NCBI GenBank assembly: GCA_003427395.1
Contig: BFEA01000014.1
Location: 87,754 to 151,753 of the forward strand
Source: Chara braunii
Lineage: Eukaryota > Plantae > Charophyceae
Reading direction: 5' to 3'
DNA length: 64,000 bases
Each line of letters opens with the position of its first letter. Positions within the stretch are counted from its first letter, which is position 1. Made by a program: the position numbers and the translations under genes. Below the pieces are notes generated by a model. That model ran no database searches. It saw nothing but the letters and a program-made list of their open reading frames with translations, and was not told the DNA's origin. Shown one piece after another: positions 59,521-64,000 of this stretch.

Positions 59521-62500
59521 CATCCAAGCACCTACGACCGAGCCACTACAAACACCTTCCCACTTAGTTACTCAAAGCACCTACCCGTCGAGCCACTCCA
59601 AACACCTACTGCCCGAGCCAGTCCAAGCACCTACCGACCATGCTACTCCAAGCACCTTTACCGCTTGAGCCACTTCAAGCACCTATACCGACCAAGCTGC
59701 TCCAGGCACCTACCGACCAAGCCACTCCAAGAACCTCTACCCACTGAGCCACTNNNNNCACCTACCGACCGAGCCACTCCAAGCACCAATCCACCGAGCC
59801 ACTCAAAGGACCTACACACCGAGCCACTCCAAGCACCTACCCACCGAGCCCCTCCAAGCACCTACCGGCCGAGCCACTCCAAGCACCTACCTGTCGAGCT
59901 ACTCCAGGCACATACCGCCCGAGCCACTCCAAACACGTATACCAACTGAGCGTCTCCAAGCACCTATACCGATCGAGCCATTCCAAGCACCTATACCGAC
60001 CGAGCCAATCCAAGCACCTACCAACCGAACAACTCAAACCACCTACCCACCGAGCCACTCCAACCACCAACCCACTAAGCCACTCGAAGCACCTACCCAC
60101 CACACCACTCTAAGCACCTACCCACCGATTCTCTTCAAGCAGCTATTCCGACAGCGCCACTCCAAACACTTATATTGACGGAGCCACTCCAAGCACCTAT
60201 ACTGCCCGAGTCACTCCAACCACCTATCGACCGAGTCATTCCAAGCACCTACCGACCAAGCCTCTCCAAACACCTACCCATCGAGCCAGTCCAAACGCCT
60301 ACCGACTGAGCCACTCCAAACACCTATCAACTGAGCTACTCCAAGCACCTACGGACTGGGTCACTCCAAGCACTTTAAGCCAATCCAAACACCTATCGAC
60401 CGAGTCATTCCAAGCACCTACCGACCGAGCCAATCCAAGCACCTACCCGCCAAACCACTCCAAGCACCTACCCACCGAGCCACTCTAAGCACCTACCCAA
60501 CGAGCCACTTCAAGCACCTACCCACCGAACCACTCCAAGCACCTACCGACCATGCAACTCCAAGCACCTATACCGCTCAAGCCAATCCAAACACCTATAC
60601 CGCCCGAGCCACTCCAAGCACCTACCGATAGAGCCCCTCCAGGCACCTACCAACCAAGCCACTCCAAGAACCTCTACCCACCGAGCCACTCCAAGCACCT
60701 ACCGACCCAGCCACTCCACACGTGGTGAGCGATACTCTGAATCTTCGTTGAAACTAATTATGAAGTGAAGATCTTTCAACATTTTTGAAGTTCTTTGAAG
60801 TCGAGTTTCAGCGATTTGATAAGTGCTGAAAATGTTGAATGCCCCTACGTTGAATAAATCTTCAAAATATTCAACGTTTGCCCCCCTGTTTGAGTATATA
60901 GAAACGTTGAAGATTTTGAAGATTCTGAAGTGGTGAAAATGCTGAAAATTCTGAAGTACAACCCCCCTGTCCGAGTGTATAGTAACGATGAAGGTTCTGA
61001 AAATTCTGAAGTGGTGAAAGTGTTGAAGATTCTGNNNNNNNNNNNNNNNNNNNNNNNNNNNNNNNNNNNNNNNNNNNNNNNNNNNNNNNNNNNNNNNNNN
61101 NNNNNNNNNNNNNNNNNNNNNNNNNNNNNNNNNNNNNNNNNNNNNNNNNNNNNNNNNNNNNNNNNNNNNNNNNNNNNNNNNNNNNNNNNNNNNNNNNNNN
61201 NNNNNNNNNNNNNNNNNNNNNNNNCCCCGCCTCCCCCTGTTTTGTTTCTTTAAGGGGAGGGGGTTCAAAATCTTCGACGTTTTTACCACTTCATAATTTT
61301 CGAAATCTTCAGCGTCTACCCCCAAATCTAAGTGTAGAGAAATGCTGAAGATTTTGAAAATTCTGAAGTGGTGAAGATGATGAAAATTTTGAAGTACACC
61401 CCCCTCTATCTGAGTGTGTAGAACGCTGAAGATTCCGAAAATTCTTAACTGGTGAAAACGCTGAAGATTCGGAACCCCCCCTTGCCTCCCGCTAAGAGGT
61501 CGGGATGGATTCATAATCTTCAGCGTTTTCACCACTTCAAAATTTTCAGAATCTTTAGTGTTCGTCCCCTTGTATGAGTGTGTGGAAATGTTGAAGATTC
61601 TGAAGATTCTGAAGTGGTGAAGATGCTGAAAATTCTGAACTATACCCCCTTTTGTCCGAATATGTAGAAATGCTGAAGATTCTGAAAATTCTGAAGTGGT
61701 GAAAACGTTGAAGATTTTGACCCCCCCCTACTTGTAAAGAGTCTATGCTCGACTGTGTATGAACGTTGAAAGTTCAGTATGTAAATGTTGAATATTAATA
61801 GACCCGTTAACCTTCACTCAGCCACTCCAAGCACCTACTCGTCGAGCCACTACAAACACTTACCCACCGAGCCACTCCAAGCACCTACCAACCATGCAAC
61901 TCCAAACACCTATACCGCTCAAGCCTCTCCAAGCATCTATACCGTCCGAGCCACTCCAAGCACCTATACCGACCGAGCCACTCCAGCCACCTAGCCACTC
62001 CAAGAACCTCTACCCACTGAGCCAGTCCAAACACCTACCGACCGGGCCACTCCAAGCACCTTCCCACCGAGCCACTCCAAGGACCTACACACCGAACCAC
62101 TCCAAGCACCTACCCACCGAGCCCCTCCAAGCACCTGCCGACCGAGCCACTCCAAGCACCTACCAACCGACCTACTCCAGGCACCTATACCTCCCGAGCC
62201 ACTCCAAACACTTATATCGACTAAGCCTCTTCAAGCTTCTATACCGACCGAGTCACTCCAAGCACATATACCGACTGAGTCACTCGAAGTACCTACTGAC
62301 CGAACCACTCCAACCACCTACCCACCGGGCCACTCCAACCACTAACCCACTGAGCCTCTCGAAGCACCTACCCACCGCGCCACTCCAAGCACCTACCCAC
62401 CGAGCCACTCCACGCACCTATACCGGCACGGCCACTCCAAGCACCTATANNNNNNNNNNNNNNNNNNNNNNNNNNNNNNNNNNNNNNNNNNNNNNNNNNN

Positions 62501-64000
62501 NNNNNNNNNNNNNNNNNNNNNNNNNNNNNNNNNNNNNNNNNNNNNNNNNNNNNNNNNNNNNNNNNNNNNNNNNNNNNNNNNNNNNNNNNNNNNNNNNNNN
62601 NNNNNNNNNNNNNNNNNNNNNNNNNNNNNNNNNNNNNNNNNNNNNNNNNNNNNNNNNNNNNNNNNNNNNNNNNNNNNNNNNNNNNNNNNNNNNNNNNNNN
62701 NNNNNNNNNNNNNNNNNNNNNNNNNNNNNNNNNNNNNNNNNNNNNNNNNNNNNNNNNNNNNNNNNNNNNNNNNNNNNNNNNNNNNNNNNNNNNNNNNNNN
62801 NNNNNNNNNNNNNNNNNNNNNNNNNNNNNNNNNNNNNNNNNNNNNNNNNNNNNNNNNNNNNNNNNNNNNNNNNNNNNNNNNNNNNNNNNNNNNNNNNNNN
62901 NNNNNNNNNNNNNNNNNNNNNNNNNNNNNNNNNNNNNNNNNNNNNNNNNNNNNNNNNNNNNNNNNNNNNNNCAAGGCACCCCAAGAACCTCTACCCACCA
63001 AGCCACTACAAGCACCTACAGACCGAGCCACTCCAAGCACCAATCCACCGAGCCATTCAAAGGACCTACACACCGAGCCACACCAAGCACCTACCCAATG
63101 AGGCCCTACAAGTACCTACCCACCGAGCCCCTCCAAGTACCTACCCACCGAGTCACTCCAAGCACCTACATGTCGAGCTACTCCAGGCACCTATACCGCC
63201 CGAGCCACTCCAAACACGTATACCGATTGAGCTTCTCCAAGCACCTATACCGATGGAACCATTCCAAGCACCTATACCGACCGAGCCACTCCAAGCACCT
63301 ACCGACCGAACCACTCGAACCACCTACCCACCGAGCCACTCCAATCACCAACCCACCAAGCCACTCGAAGCACCTACCCACCGCGCCACTCTAAGCACCT
63401 ACCCACCGAGCCACTCCAAGCAGCTACAGCGACAGCGCCAACCCAAGCACCTATATTGACGGAGCCACTCCAAGCACCTATACTGGCCGAGCCACTCCAA
63501 CAACCTATCGACCGAGTCATTCCAAGCACCCACCGACAAAGCCTCTCCAAGCACCTACCCATCGAGTCAGTCCAAACACCTACGGACTGAGCCACTCCAA
63601 GCACCTATCGATTGAGCTACTCCAAGCACCTACGGACTGGGCCACTCCAAGCATTTTAAGCCAATCCAAGCACCTATCGACCGAGATATTCCAAGCCCCT
63701 ACCAACCGAGCCACTCCAAGCACCTACCCGCCAAGCCACTCCAAGCACCTACCCATTGAGCCACTCCAAGCACCTACCCACCGAGCCACTCCAAGCACCT
63801 ACCCACCGAGCCACTCCAAGCACTTACCCACTGAGCCACTCCAAGCACCTTCCCACCGAAAAACTCCAAGCACCTACCTTTTGTGCCAATCCAAGCACCT
63901 ACCCACCGCGCCACTTCAAGCACCAACCGACCGAGCGATTCCAAGCACCTACCGACCGAGCGACTCAAGCACCTACTGACCGAGCGACTCGAGCACCTAC
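59521..64000. repeat. ~23-bp minisatellite (CCGAGCCACTCCAAGCACCTACC), interrupted at 60718-61818 and by an N gap at 62450-62971
   Basis: Read directly; many divergent units. Confidence 0.95.
60718..61818. mobile_element. Non-autonomous element with CTGAAGTGGTGAA repeats inserted in the minisatellite (N gap 61035-61224)
   Basis: Ends CGTTAACC like the related elements. The variant unit CAGCCACTCCA on both sides is a possible TSD. Confidence 0.65.

Noticed and set aside
61894-63459. 521-aa Pro/His-rich ORF
   Set aside because: It is minisatellite translation read through an N gap.

Overview
Eukaryotic, repeat-rich draft genomic DNA. The plant-type U6/U2 sequences, long introns and TE style suggest a streptophyte alga such as Chara (inference only). 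Positions 1-25.1 kb hold the 5' part of an ASPM/abnormal-spindle-like gene on the minus strand. Six exons are read with consistent splice phases, including a proposed 7-nt first coding exon at 24663-24669, and an MSA-type promoter lies near 25.0-25.13 kb; the gene runs off the left edge. Its introns carry an intact type III hammerhead ribozyme (sense), two U2 snRNA fragments (sense), four A-tailed U6 retrocopies and three tRNA-derived SINEs (all antisense), and several MITEs. At 25.9-36.8 kb a 5'-truncated L1/Tx1-like LINE (TSD AAGTTGCGG) is split by a 7.8-kb PIF/Harbinger element carrying a transposase, a Myb/SANT ORF and a degenerate third ORF. Positions 37-59.5 kb are degraded TEs: an hAT relic, four related ~0.8-0.9-kb LTRs, gag remnants and MITEs. 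Two of the LTRs are each preceded by an array of about 25 structure-conserved hairpins. Positions 59.5-64 kb are a ~23-bp minisatellite. Nextera mate-pair adapters and N gaps show local assembly artefacts.
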